Shown: piece by piece, positions 1-11,144 of the stretch
Layout: each line of letters opens with the position of its first letter
Position numbering within the stretch: position 1 is the stretch's first letter
Assembly: GCF_032191835.1 (NCBI RefSeq)
Contig: NC_083234.1
Location: forward strand, 26,660,001-26,724,000
Source: Heteronotia binoei
Taxonomy: Eukaryota
Direction: 5' to 3'
Length of the DNA stretch: 64,000 nt
Program-made: the position numbers and the translations under genes
Notes under the pieces: generated by a model
The model's database searches: none
Told to the model about the DNA's origin: nothing
The model's input: the letters and a program-made list of their open reading frames with translations, nothing else

Positions 1-206
1 GCTACCAAGCCACCAGAAATACAGAAAAACACAAACTACAATGAGTTTTTTAAAAGTCACCAGGTAGGCTCAGGGTGCTCTTCCCTGACAAATCCTTAAT
101 AGGAGGGGCAACAGCTGAAATGCATCCACACAAATCTGGGGAGACCTCGCTGCGATCCAAACAAGCCAGTGATGGAAGTGTTTGATTTCCCATGTTGACC
201 ACCTAC

Positions 207-375
207 CATTGAGCTCTGGCGGAAGGTACAGGTGGTAGGTGCTGTAGATGTCATTGGACATTTGAAGCTGTAGCTCTGTGTGTTTCTTAAGGAGCTCGGA
301 AATGCTCTCTTTCTGGAAGGGAGTCTTTTCCAAAATCACCACGGCATCAGTCCCATCCCCAGAAGCACTATTCAC
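207..375 (-). CDS. DCPS: m7GpppX diphosphatase (scavenger decapping enzyme), coding exon 2; the gene continues beyond the left edge
   Basis: Translates [21 protein letters not shown]...[20 protein letters not shown], matching vertebrate DcpS. Acceptor tctag|GTG and donor AATG|gtaggt; 169 nt. Confidence 0.96.
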
Positions 376-1715
376 CTAGAGAAATAAGAATGTAAGGATT
401 ATCTTGCTGGATTGAACCAAGACCTGCCTATGCTGATATTCTGTATCCTACAACAAGCAGCCAAATGGCTCCGTAAGCTCACAAGGAGGGTATCCCTTCT
501 CTAGCCCCAACACAACGGCACACTGAAGTAAGGAAAACAATGAGATAAGGTATTCATAGCTAACCATTGTTGATAGATGCTCTCGCTATATATGTGTCTC
601 ATCCCCCTTTTTAAAAGCCCCTTGCTGGGCATCTCTTCCTTGTTCGGAATGTGCAAGACCTGTTATCAGTAGGTGGAACCCAGACAGTGGCAAAACCTAT
701 GCTAGACCATGTTCTACTGACACAAGATAATGTCAAGGTACACAGTAGGGGCAGGACCTAGAAACTGAAAAGCATTGTGTGCTCACGTTATGCCCGGAGC
801 CCAAGTAGGTGGAGTTGCAGTAACATATGAGTACAGCATGTCCACACGGTAAACCTCTGCATTGTATCATACAGGACAGAGGCATCACTGTGGCTTCTAG
901 GTCACCCTGTAGTTCTGCAACTCAGCAATCTGGGGAAAGGCAACATCTGTGTGCTTGGGGGTACTAGAGACTCCAAAGCCTACCCTTGGTGGTCTCGCCT
1001 GGCAACACCTGAAACAGAAAACAGTTTGATGAAGATTTAAGGCAGACCTTGCTGCAATCCATGAGGTGTGATCCTGTGTTGGAAAATTCAATTTCCCACA
1101 CCAATCCCTTACCATTGAACACTACTTCCATCACTGTGCCATTCACACAGAAGCCTTCAACTCTTCTGGATCCAGGACCCAGTGAACACAAGCAAGCGAC
1201 AGGAAGCCATATGACTACAAAGCCACATGACAGGAAGAGGTGGAGTGAGAATTATGAGCCATGAACATCAAGGCCAGGATCACAGTCAGCTGACCAAGAA
1301 GCCACAGAAAAGATGAGCATCAGGTGTTATACTCTGGTGAGCAATAAGCCAAAAGTCAGTCTATGGAGAAATCTTTTTCACCACTGAGTGACTTCACAAC
1401 TGTACTGCTCCTCAATGAATGCAAAGAGAGGCTGGAAGCACAGCACTGTAGCTCTCTAAGTTTCTACAATAGCAGCAGGTCCCTCCAAAAAGATAGCAGT
1501 TCTATAGCGACTGCCAATCCAGCAAGTCTCTAACCCAACTGAGAAACCTGAGATGGACGGAAAACCACTGCATTAGAAGACCTTCAGAGAAGGAGGGACA
1601 CAGTAGAATGACAGATGGGTCTTATGGTTAGGCGAGCTTTCGTGCACAGCTATTTTGCATGTGCCAGTCCCAGAAAGGAAGAAGGCATGGTTTATGAACA
1701 CAGACATGAGTCCTG

Positions 1716-1940
1716 ATGGATGGCCTAGGTTGGCTCAATCTCATCAGATTCCAGAAGCTAAGCAGCATCAGCTGCTGGTCAGTACTAAGTACAGGTCTGT
1801 ACTTGGATGGGAGACCACTAAGGAAGTCTAGGGCTGCTCTGCAGAGGCAGGCAATGGCAAACCACCCATATTCATCTCTAGCCTTGAAAACCCTCTGAGG
1901 ACCCACCATAAGCTGGCTACAACTTGACAGCAATTCCCAC
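1716..1940 (+). mobile_element. 5S rRNA-derived SINE (5S-Sauria-like); related copies at ~8917-9095(-), ~44130-44310(+), ~46050-46225(-)
   Basis: 5S-like head (gaagctaagcag...tacttggatgggagacc) followed by an RTE/Bov-B-like tail (ggcaatggcaaaccacc...cttgaaaaccc). Confidence 0.7.
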
Positions 1941-3694
1941 CACCAGATTCAGCTCCATACAGAACTGACAGCCTAAAGTGTCACCCAGTTCAGTACAGAA
2001 CCAAGCTCTGGTACGGTTCAATAAATAAACCCATCACATCTAACCTTGGTGATTCAAGCACCCTGTTATTCCAGTTTACTATCCGCCTGCCCCATAACAA
2101 TTTTATCTTCATGCACAAACCCCACATGCGACCTAGAGTTTTATTCACCTTCAAGTCTTCTCAAAAACCTTCCCATCTGGAATTTACCTGCTACTTTGAA
2201 ATTACAGGGTTGCCTTTCCATTTCCCGACACTTCATCATGGGGCTCGGTTATCTCAGAGGTGGATTTACAGGGGGCAGTAAAAGAGCTGACCGAACTGTA
2301 TCCTCGCACTTGGGGAGAACCTTCTTTCTGATCACTGTACAGCTGTAAATGTTGAATTAAAAGAGTACTTGCAAATTTCCTATTTTTATGGCCCCTGAGT
2401 GACAAGTCCATCCATCTTATTTACAGCATTTGAGTTAACTGCTAGTTTGCAATTCAATTCCACTTTAAACACTAAACATGAAAAACTGATCTCCAGGCTA
2501 AAAGCAATAGATATGCTAATAAGAAAAATAATCTAAGCCTCGAGATGGGCAGACGGTGCTTTGTCAGAGGGAACAACTGCAACTTGTGCCCTTTGCTGCG
2601 TTTCCTCTCCCGTTCGGCACCAGAAGCGCACTCTCGACATCTTTCAGTTATTCCCAGCTGCTGAGTCTTGCAGCTCATCTGCTCACATCTCCAATGCTGA
2701 ACCTCAAAATCTGCCACAGCAAGAGAAAAAGAGGTTTGAAAATGGCAGGAAACCTTCCACCTGGCTTGCCTTGGGATGGCTACCTAATGAGTGGGCTTTT
2801 CTCTCTGACAGGAAGCAAAAAACCACATCTGAGCCTCATTTGAGGGCTAGCAAGAAACTTTCCACTCAGATTGGAATAGCCAATATTCTTGCTGGTTATG
2901 ATCCTTACAACACTTGACTAGAAGGCTACCTGCCTGACACATGATAAGCCTCTACCTCAGATCAAGGATCTGATGAAGCACCAAATCCCAATGCCTAGCC
3001 AAACATACCATTTTGGTGTGGGTCCGAATAGCTGTGCATGAAGAACGTAATGCGGCCAGGAAGCAAGCAAAACATCAACAGGAAAATCCCCTACAAAACT
3101 AAAATCTTGACTCAGGTGGGTAAGTATTGATCTGAAGCAGCAACAAGCAAAGTAGCAACACAGTATATTACAAAAGAAAACAACAGCAACGGTGTATATA
3201 AACAATAAAGAATTTATAAGCCAATATAGAAAAGTCTTTTATTTGTTATTTGTGTATGGAGTAGCTATGGAAAACAAATACGAGACTTTTTCTATATTGG
3301 TTTCTAAATTCTTTATTGTTTATATACACAGTTGCAGTTGTTTTCTTCTGTATTGGTCTGAAGCAGCAGAAGAAAATCTGAGTCCAGTGGCACCTTTAAG
3401 ACTAGGGGTGGCCAAACTCACTTAATGTAAGTGCCACATGTCAGACGTCTGAGAGTTGCATGACATGAACATCAGATAATGGATGGATGGAAAGAAAATA
3501 GAGCGGGAGGGGGAGAGAAAGAAACTTTAACTTTAAATGCATTCTCCAAGTTACCGGCTGGTTGGCTTGGAGAAGTGATTAAAAATGCCTTTCCCAAGTA
3601 TTCTAATGGGGTGGTGGGGGAAAGCCACACAATATGGGGGCAGGGTAAAAGCCCAACGGGCTGGAACAGCCTGGAACAGGCATAAAACAACATA

Positions 3695-5040
3695 GACTGT
3701 CACAAAAAACACTGGCATGCATCACAGACACTCCAGAACAATATTCTAGAACAGAAAAAGCGGAACTCACACATCCTTATTACCCCGTTCCGGGCCAGAA
3801 TGCCTCCAGAACACCACGGAACAGGCCGGAACGGGCATCAAAGAACCTGGGCTGCCACAAAAAACACTGGCATGCATCACAGACACTCGAGAACTATATT
3901 CTAGAATAGAAAAGGTGGAACTCGCACATCCATATTACCCCGTTCCGGGCTGTTCTGGAAGCATTTTGGCCCGGAACGGGGTAATAAGGATGTGTGAGTT
4001 CCGCTTTTTTTTTTCAAGCAACCTGGCCTGCTACAAAAAAACACTTGGATGCATCATGGACACTTGAGAACAATATTCTAGAACAGAAAAAGCAGAACTC
4101 ACACGTTCTTATTACCCCGTTCCGGGCCAAAAGGCCTCCGGAACACCCCGGAACGGGCATCAAGCAACCTGGGCTGCCACAAAAACACTGGCATGCATCA
4201 CAGACACTCGAGAATAATATTCTATAACAAAAAAAGTGAAACTCACATGTCCTTATTACCCCGTTCTGTGTCAAAATGCCTCCGGAACAGGCCGGAACGG
4301 GCATCAAAGAACCTGGGCTGCCATAAAAAACACTGGCATGCATCACAGACACTCGAGAACAATATTCTAGAATGGAAAAAGCGGAACTCACACGTCCTTA
4401 TAACCCCCTTCCGGGCCAAAATGCCTCCAGAACACCCTGGAACAGGCCAGAACGGGCATCAAACAACTTGGGCTGCCACAAAAAACACTGGCATGTATCA
4501 CAGACACTGGAAAACAATATTCTAGAATGGAAAAAGTGGAACTCACATGTCCTTATTACCGCGTTCCGGGTCAAAATGCCTCCAGAACACCCTGGAACTG
4601 GCTGGAACGGGCATCAAACAACCTGGGCTGCCACAAACAACACTAGCTTCCATCATAGACACTCAAGAACTATATTCTAGAATGGAAAAAGCGGAACTCA
4701 TACGTCCTTATGACCCCGTTCCTGGCCAAAATGCCTCTGGAACACCCCGGAACAGGCCAGAATGGACATCAAGCAACCTGGGCTGCCACAAAAAACACTT
4801 GGATACATCACAGACACTTGAGAACAATATTCTAGAACAGAAAAAGTGGAACTCACAAAAGGCCTCCAGAACACCCTGGAACAAGCATCAAGCAACCTGG
4901 GCTGCCACAAAAAACACTGGAATGAATCACAGACACTCGAGAATAATATTCTAGAACAGAAAAAGCAGAACTCACATGTCCTTACTACTCCGTTCTGGGC
5001 CAAAATGCCTCCGGAACAGGCCGGAATGGGCATCAAACAA
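3695..5040 (+). repeat. ~155-bp tandem array (left arm of foldback element)
   Basis: Unit starts ctgccacaaaaaacactggcatgcatcacagacactcgagaac near 3697, 3852, 4028, 4174, 4319, 4473, 4627, 4783 and 4903. Confidence 0.95.
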
Positions 5041-6644
5041 CGTGTGAGTTCCTTATTTAAGGATGTGTGAGTTCCTTATTTGTGAATTCAACCAAAAACA
5101 ATGAAGAGTTTGAAAGCTTTGAACCACAAAATAAGGTCTGGACCCCCATATATCAAACGCTCACTTGTTCAGGGGACTTTGCCCTTCGAGAAGACAAGTG
5201 CTGCCTCATGGTCCAATAAGCGGTTCTTGTGCCAGCTGCTCCAAAACAAGGTGCCCTCAGGACACTCAAAGAGGCAGACACTGAGGACTGGCTGACCCCA
5301 AAACAATATTTGGACCGCCCCAAGTGACACTGTCCCCTGCAAGAAGACATGCAGTGGTTGCTGGTCCAAACACTGGTTCCTGCGCCACAAGCTTCCATTT
5401 GGAGGGCCACCTAGAGGCCTCTATTCCAAAGGAGATTTGAATAAGTAACTATTTTAACTGTTTGCCCTCTGCACCCCAAAAGGAAATATGGACCACTGTA
5501 TTCCATACACCCCCACGTTAAGGGATCTCTGCCCTTTGAGAGGACATGTGCTGCTTCATGGTCCAAAGAGCGGTCTTGTGTCAGCTTATCCAAAACAAGA
5601 TGCCCCCAGGACACTCAAAGAGGCAGATACTGGGGCCAGGTTGTACCCCAAAACAATATCTGGACCACCCCAAGTGACACATTCCCTTGCTCGGGACACT
5701 ATCCCCTGCAAGAAGACATGCAGTCATACCGGTCCAAACACGCCCAGTCCTGCACCACAAGCTTCTGCCTAGAAGCCTCTATTCCAAAGGAGATTTGAAT
5801 AAGAAACTACTGCAAAGACCACTGTAAACGCCTGTCTTCAAAGTGCTAATGTACCACACCCAAGTCCCAAACATCATTCTAGTTTGCTCTTTCAATTTGT
5901 TAATTTCACTATTTTGCCGTCAAAATAATGGCAAACTAGAATGATATTTGGGACTTGGGTGTGGTACATTAGCATCAAAGATGAGGTAAAGAATCCATTG
6001 AGCCCTGATGGGTCCATCACAGTGAACTTGAGAATGAATTCAAATTTAGAAATTTCAGTTTGTTACCATGAATTGAAGCTTGGAAGACCGTTAATACCTA
6101 TTCAGAACCAAAATGACTTTGACCCTAAGGGGGTCTGCAAGCTGGCACATCACTGGGAGAGGTTCCTTTATCTAATGTACTTTGAAAGACAGGCCTTTAT
6201 GGTGGTCCCCCAAAACAAAGCGTGTAGTGCCATACTTTTTAGAAGCTGGCCTGAGCTCTCTGGACCATGAGGCAGAACATGTCCTCTCGAAGGGTATAAT
6301 CCCCTGAACAAGGGGGTGTATGGGATGTGGTGGTCCATATTGCTTTTTCGGGTGCAGAGGACAAGCAGTCAAAACAGTTTCTTATTCAAATCTCCTTTGG
6401 AACACAGGCTTCTAGGTGGCACTTGCAATGGAAGCTTCTGGCACCGGAACCATTGTTTGGACCAGGCAGCACTGCATGTCTTCTTGCAGGGGACAGTGTC
6501 CCGAGGGAGGGAATGTGTCACTTGGGGTGGTCCAGATATTGTTTTGGGGTACAGCCAGTCCCCAGTGCCTGCCTCTTTGAGTGTCCTGAGGGCACCTTGT
6601 TTTGGAGCAGCTGGCACAAGAACCGCTTATTGGACCATGAGGCA

Positions 6645-7243
6645 GGTAATAAGAACGGGGTAATAAGAACGTGTGAGTTCTGCTTTATCCGTTCTAGAAT
6701 ATAGTTCTTGAGTGTCTATGATGGAAGCTAGTGTTGTTTGTGGCAGCCCAGGTTGTTTGATGCCCGTTCCAGCCAGTTCCGGGGTGTTCTGGAGGCATTT
6801 TGGCCCGGAACGGGGTAATAAGGACATGTGAGTTCCACTTTTTCCATCCTAGAATATTGTTTTCCAGTGTCTGTGATGCATGCCAGTGTTTTTTGTGGCA
6901 GCCCAGATTGTTTGATGCCCGTTCCAGCCTGTTCTGCAGTGTTCCGGAGGCCTTTTGTCCCAGAACGGGGTAATAAGGATGTGTGATTTCCGCTTTTTCC
7001 ATTCTAGAATATAGTTCTCGAGTGTCTGTGATGCATCCAAGTGTTTTTTGTGGCAGCCCAGGTTGTTTGATGCCCGTTCCAGGGGCATTTTGGCCCGGAA
7101 TGGGGTAATAAGGATGCGTGATTTCCGCTTTTTCTGTTCTAGAATATTGTTCTCGAGTGTCTGTGATGCATCCCAGTGTTTTTTGTGACAGTCTACGTTG
7201 CTTTATGCCCGTTCCGGGCTGTTCCGGCTTTTACCCTGTCCCC
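6645..7243 (-). repeat. Inverted ~155-bp tandem array (right arm)
   Basis: Reverse complement of the same unit, about 4 copies. The terminal variant unit (tagactgtcacaaaaaacac) is shared with the left end. Confidence 0.93.
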
Positions 7244-7559
7244 ACAAGATGTGTGAAAGCACCACATGTGGCTCCCAAGCCACAGTTCAGCCACCCCTGT
7301 TTAATAATAATAATAAATTTTTATTTATACCCCGCCCTCCCCGCCGAAGCAGGCTCAGGGCGGCTCACAAGACATAAGACCAACAAAGTTTTATTTTGGG
7401 TATGTGTGCATTCTCACATGAAAGTTTATACCCAGAAGGTCTTGAAGGTACCACTGGACACAGACGTTGTTTTAAACAATCTGACACTAGCTCCTTTTTA
7501 AAAAATGTTTGCGTTACGGCGGGGCACCGAATTGCCAAAACACAAAATGTTGCCATTCT

Positions 7560-8100
7560 TACACACACGCCTCATGAAGCCTTCGCCTCTCCTTTCCCCT
7601 CCTTTATGCTGACGTCACCAAAACAGGCGGGGCCAAATGCTGATGCGTCTGCTACCCCGCCCCTCGAAGCGGACTGATCCGTGCCGGCTCCCAAAGCGCT
7701 TATACTAAACCGCTGGTACCTGGCCGTGTAGGAAGATGGTCTTGTCCCGCGCAGACTCCCTGAGCACCTTCCGCACAGAGAGGTCCGCCAAAGGGAACCC
7801 AGCGGCGGTAGTACCTTCCTTTTGGGACTCAACCGTCCCATTCTCACCCTCCTTCTCCTCCCGTTTCCTTTTCAGCGTAGGGGATTCCGCCATGGCGTTG
7901 TGGAGGGGGTGGGAAAGCGGGAAATCGCGCGCATGCGTCGTCACCCTCAAACTGTCGCCTCGGCACGCACCGGCTTAAGGTTGCCGAATGACGCCCTCTG
8001 CTGGTAGGAGGCTACTAAGGCGAGCCTAGCTATGGCTTTTACACATGCGCAGTTATTTTCCCCGGGAATGCGATCTTGATACAAACGCTAAACAGGCAAT
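7560..8100 (-). promoter_or_regulatory. DCPS CpG-rich promoter/first-exon region
   Basis: CpG-rich. NRF1-like GCGCATGCG at 7929-7937, palindromic CRE TGACGTCA at 7610-7617, GC boxes near 7626 and 7656. Confidence 0.7.
7720..7893 (-). CDS. DCPS: DCPS coding exon 1
   Basis: ATG at 7893: MAESPTLKRKREE...RKVLRESARDKTIFLHGQ. Donor CAG|gtacca, phase 0, joins exon 2 in frame. Confidence 0.95.
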
Positions 8101-8142
8101 GCTAGATCCAAGTGGGCAGCTGTGTCGGTCTGGAGCAGTTGA

Positions 8143-8270
8143 ACAAAGCAGGAGTCAAGTGGCACCTTTAAGACCAACTGAGTTTTATTCAGGACGTAAG
8201 CGTTCGTGTGCTAAAAACACACTTCTTCAGATGAGGGGATCAGGTATAGTGGGCTGAAGTCTGCCATTCA
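8143..8270 (-). mobile_element. Penelope-like pseudo-LTR remnant with degenerate hammerhead core; related remnants at ~3360-3404, ~7375-7465, ~12385-12520, ~27970-28065
   Basis: Minus strand reads ctgaagaagtgtg...cacacgaacgcttac...aataaaactcagttggtcttaaaggtgccacttgactc, the same family as 52620-53100. Confidence 0.6.
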
Positions 8271-10417
8271 ACCTGCAGCAAGTAGGGTTACCAACTACAA
8301 CTTGGAGAATTCCTGGAGATTTGGCAGAATTTGGGAAAGGCAAAATTGCAATTGGCAACACTGTGAAACCATAAAGCCCACCATTCAAAGCTGCCGTTTG
8401 TTTCAGGGGAACTGATCTGTAGTCTGGAGATCAATCTCAGTTCCAAGATAATTCCAGGATCCACCTTGAGGTTGGTAACTCTAGCTGAAGAGGAATATTT
8501 ACAGTCCAAACTACAATTGTTTGTGAGTAACTGTTGCAGGCCAAAGTTGGTAGCTTCAAAGTAGCCTTCAAAGTTTTGTCAAGTATTCGATTGTGGACTA
8601 ATTTCAACTGCTGTTTCCAGTCCTTGCAACTGAAGCAAAGCTAATACAACCTTGGCAACCCAAATTATGAAAAGGGGAGGGAAAGAAATGGTAGGAGTAA
8701 GAACAAGATTGGCATTTATTATTAATCTTCATATGGCAGATTTGAAAAAAAGACTGAAGACTCATATACAGTGCAATCCTAAATTGAGTTATAGCCTTCT
8801 AAGCCTGTTGGAAGATTGCATTGATATTCCTAAACAGAAGCATATTATGAGGTAGTCTAGTATAAGCATAAAAAGAGGCAACTAGAAAAGAAACAGCACG
8901 TTTGTAAAGGGCCATCAAGTCGCAGCTGACTTAGGGTGACCCTATAGGGTTTCCAAGGCAAGAGATGAACAGAGGTGGGTTTAGCAATGCAACACTGTAT
9001 TTCCTTGGTGGTCTCCCATCCAAGTATTAACCAGGCGTTACCTTGCTTAGCTTCTAAGATCTGACAAGAATGGGCTAGCCTTGGCCACCCAAGTCATAGC
9101 AGAAGAAACATATGTAGGACCAAAGCCCACAAAGGGAGGCCAGACACATTTTAACACAATTCAACCATCAATCCTGTCACACTGGATCAAGTAAACAGAG
9201 CCAAATCAGAACAAAACACTGCGTATAGTCAAACCATAGAACACTAATGCACGCCGAAGCATATACATAATATATCAGAATTCCATATCCGTACATAAGT
9301 ATTCCCTTAAAGCCCAAAGTCCTGAATCACAAAGTGTCCAAGAACATGCATTTAACAACAGTCCATATTGCAAATTCCAAAGATGATACTCCAGAGTTCC
9401 AAACAAGATCTTGGCGGTGCTTCAATGTTTTCTAGTCAAGCTTTCTCAGTGGAGAAGCATCGCTGTACATCAGGCACAAACTGGACTTCCAAAGCCAAAC
9501 ACTTGCGTCATTCAACACAGAGGACAGATAATCTTTCTCACTCTTCCACCAATTAATGAGCCTTCTGATAATGAGTGAAAGTCCTGTGGAGTATCATCTT
9601 TGGAATTTGCAATATGGACCACTGCTAATTGGATGTTTTTGGATACTCTCTGTGATTGAGGACATTTGGCTTTAAGGGAATACTTCTTATGCATGGATAT
9701 GGAATCCTGATATATAATGTATATCTTTTGGAGGGCAATATACTACCTCTTTGGCATTTAGTGTTATATGGTTCCACTACACACAGGCTGCAGGAACGAT
9801 GAAGCCTGACTTTTATTTCCAGCTATGAAGCCCACCCTACAGAAACCAGATGCAAAAAAGAAAAGAAAATGCTGCTTCTGTCCTAAACACGGCACCAGCC
9901 TTTGATTCAGAAACATTAACAAGCTGGGGTCTTAATTTCATGCTTTGCTGCTGTCACTGTGACACAGGAACATAAACTGGACAAGTGAGGAAGAGCTGCA
10001 AAACAGCCCTTAAGGATGCTGAACTAAACAGTTTGGGACCATCCCGCCCAGTATGACTCCCCCTCACCTCCTTCAGTCAAGATCAAAGGGTCTTCTATAG
10101 GTACCTGGCCCATTAATAGCTTGCTTGTCAACCACCAAGGCACAGACATTTTAAGTGCTCGCCCCTTCTCTCTGGAATCCGCTTCCTGGGGAAGTTTGTG
10201 CCCTGCTGGGTCTTCCATCATTCTACAGAGCTGGCAAAGCTGGTTTGTTTCATGCAGTCTTTGGGTAATGTTGCAAATTGGGGAAATGGCTAGTCATTTT
10301 AATTCTAATAGCAGTTTATTGTATTGTTTTATTTTGGTTTTATTGTTCTATTTAACATTTTTATTTGCATTTATTGTATTTTGAAATGTTAACAGTTAAC
10401 ATCTCCTGTGGGGAGAG

Positions 10418-11144
10418 TGTTAAGCCAATTGCCCTAAAAATAGGGTTCTGAGGAATTTAGCGTGGTGGGCAATCAGCCTTTTAGTGAGATCTTGAGAACC
10501 TATTATACGGAAGGTGTCTGCTTTGAGAGTTAACCTCCAAGTAACGAGACAAGATGGTCTAATAATAATGGGGTGTTTTATTTAAGGAATAAGGGCAAAC
10601 ATACAAGGGTATAAAATCATACAACATACATACAGGCCTAAGAAAACAGATATGAAATTAATAGAGGGGTAACACAAGGGTAAAAACATAGGGTATATGA
10701 CCTGGTCCTGGTGGCTTAGGGTCCAGTCACCACTAGAAGATATAGACATGCACTGCGATGTGCCATGCCTGATGCTCCTTACTTAGAGTAGGGAGGGAGG
10801 AACAATCTGGTTACATATTGCTCAGGCATAGAGAGAGTGAGCATGGCTTTCTCTCTGGTTATATTATTTTTAAAAAGGAAAAGGTCCTCCCAAAAAGGGG
10901 CTGGCTTGTTGGTGGGCAGTATCTTGTCTATTCTGGGTACCTGATTGGATGCCCACCTCCAGCCAATGAGCAGACCTGACTCTGGTCACCTGAATGGATC
11001 TCCAGGTAACAGTGGGACAGGGGGAGGCTCCAAAGTGGCAGTTTGGGCAAGGCATGAGTGGAAGCGTGGGTGGAGGGGATTAAACAAGCTATCCAAACTT
11101 ATCTAAAGGTGACAATAGAGGGCCAAATTGGTACCCAATCTATA
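10418..11144 (-). mobile_element. Possible solo LTR
   Basis: TG...CA ends are possible. On the minus strand a TATA-like sequence (~10860) precedes AATAAA (~10578). No TSD found. Confidence 0.3.

Larger units (their letters stand above)
3636..7243. mobile_element. Foldback-type non-autonomous DNA element with very long modular TIRs
   Basis: Ends GGGGGCAGGGTAAAAGCC / GGCTTTTACCCTGTCCCC. About 9 left and 4 right inverted copies of a ~155-bp unit, plus inverted ~390-bp inner modules. Flanked by ACAATAT/ACAAGAT. Confidence 0.85.
3403..7288 (+). mobile_element. hAT-type MITE split in two by the foldback element
   Basis: Left part begins ggggtggccaaact (3404-3635); right part ends gccacagttcagccacccctg (7244-7288). 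Rejoined, they match intact copies at 45089-45371 and 51339-51605. Confidence 0.8.

Noticed and set aside
2970-3135. C/D-box snoRNA-like TGATGA...CTGA
   Set aside because: It is antisense to the host gene DCPS and has no terminal stem.
3695-5040. CRISPR-like array
   Set aside because: Contiguous tandem units with no unique spacers, no cas genes, and a vertebrate context.
3994-7088. Many 65-135 aa ORFs with repeating peptides (HKKHWHASQTLENNILE...)
   Set aside because: They are translations of the 155-bp repeat. The unit is not a multiple of 3 and no family motif is present.
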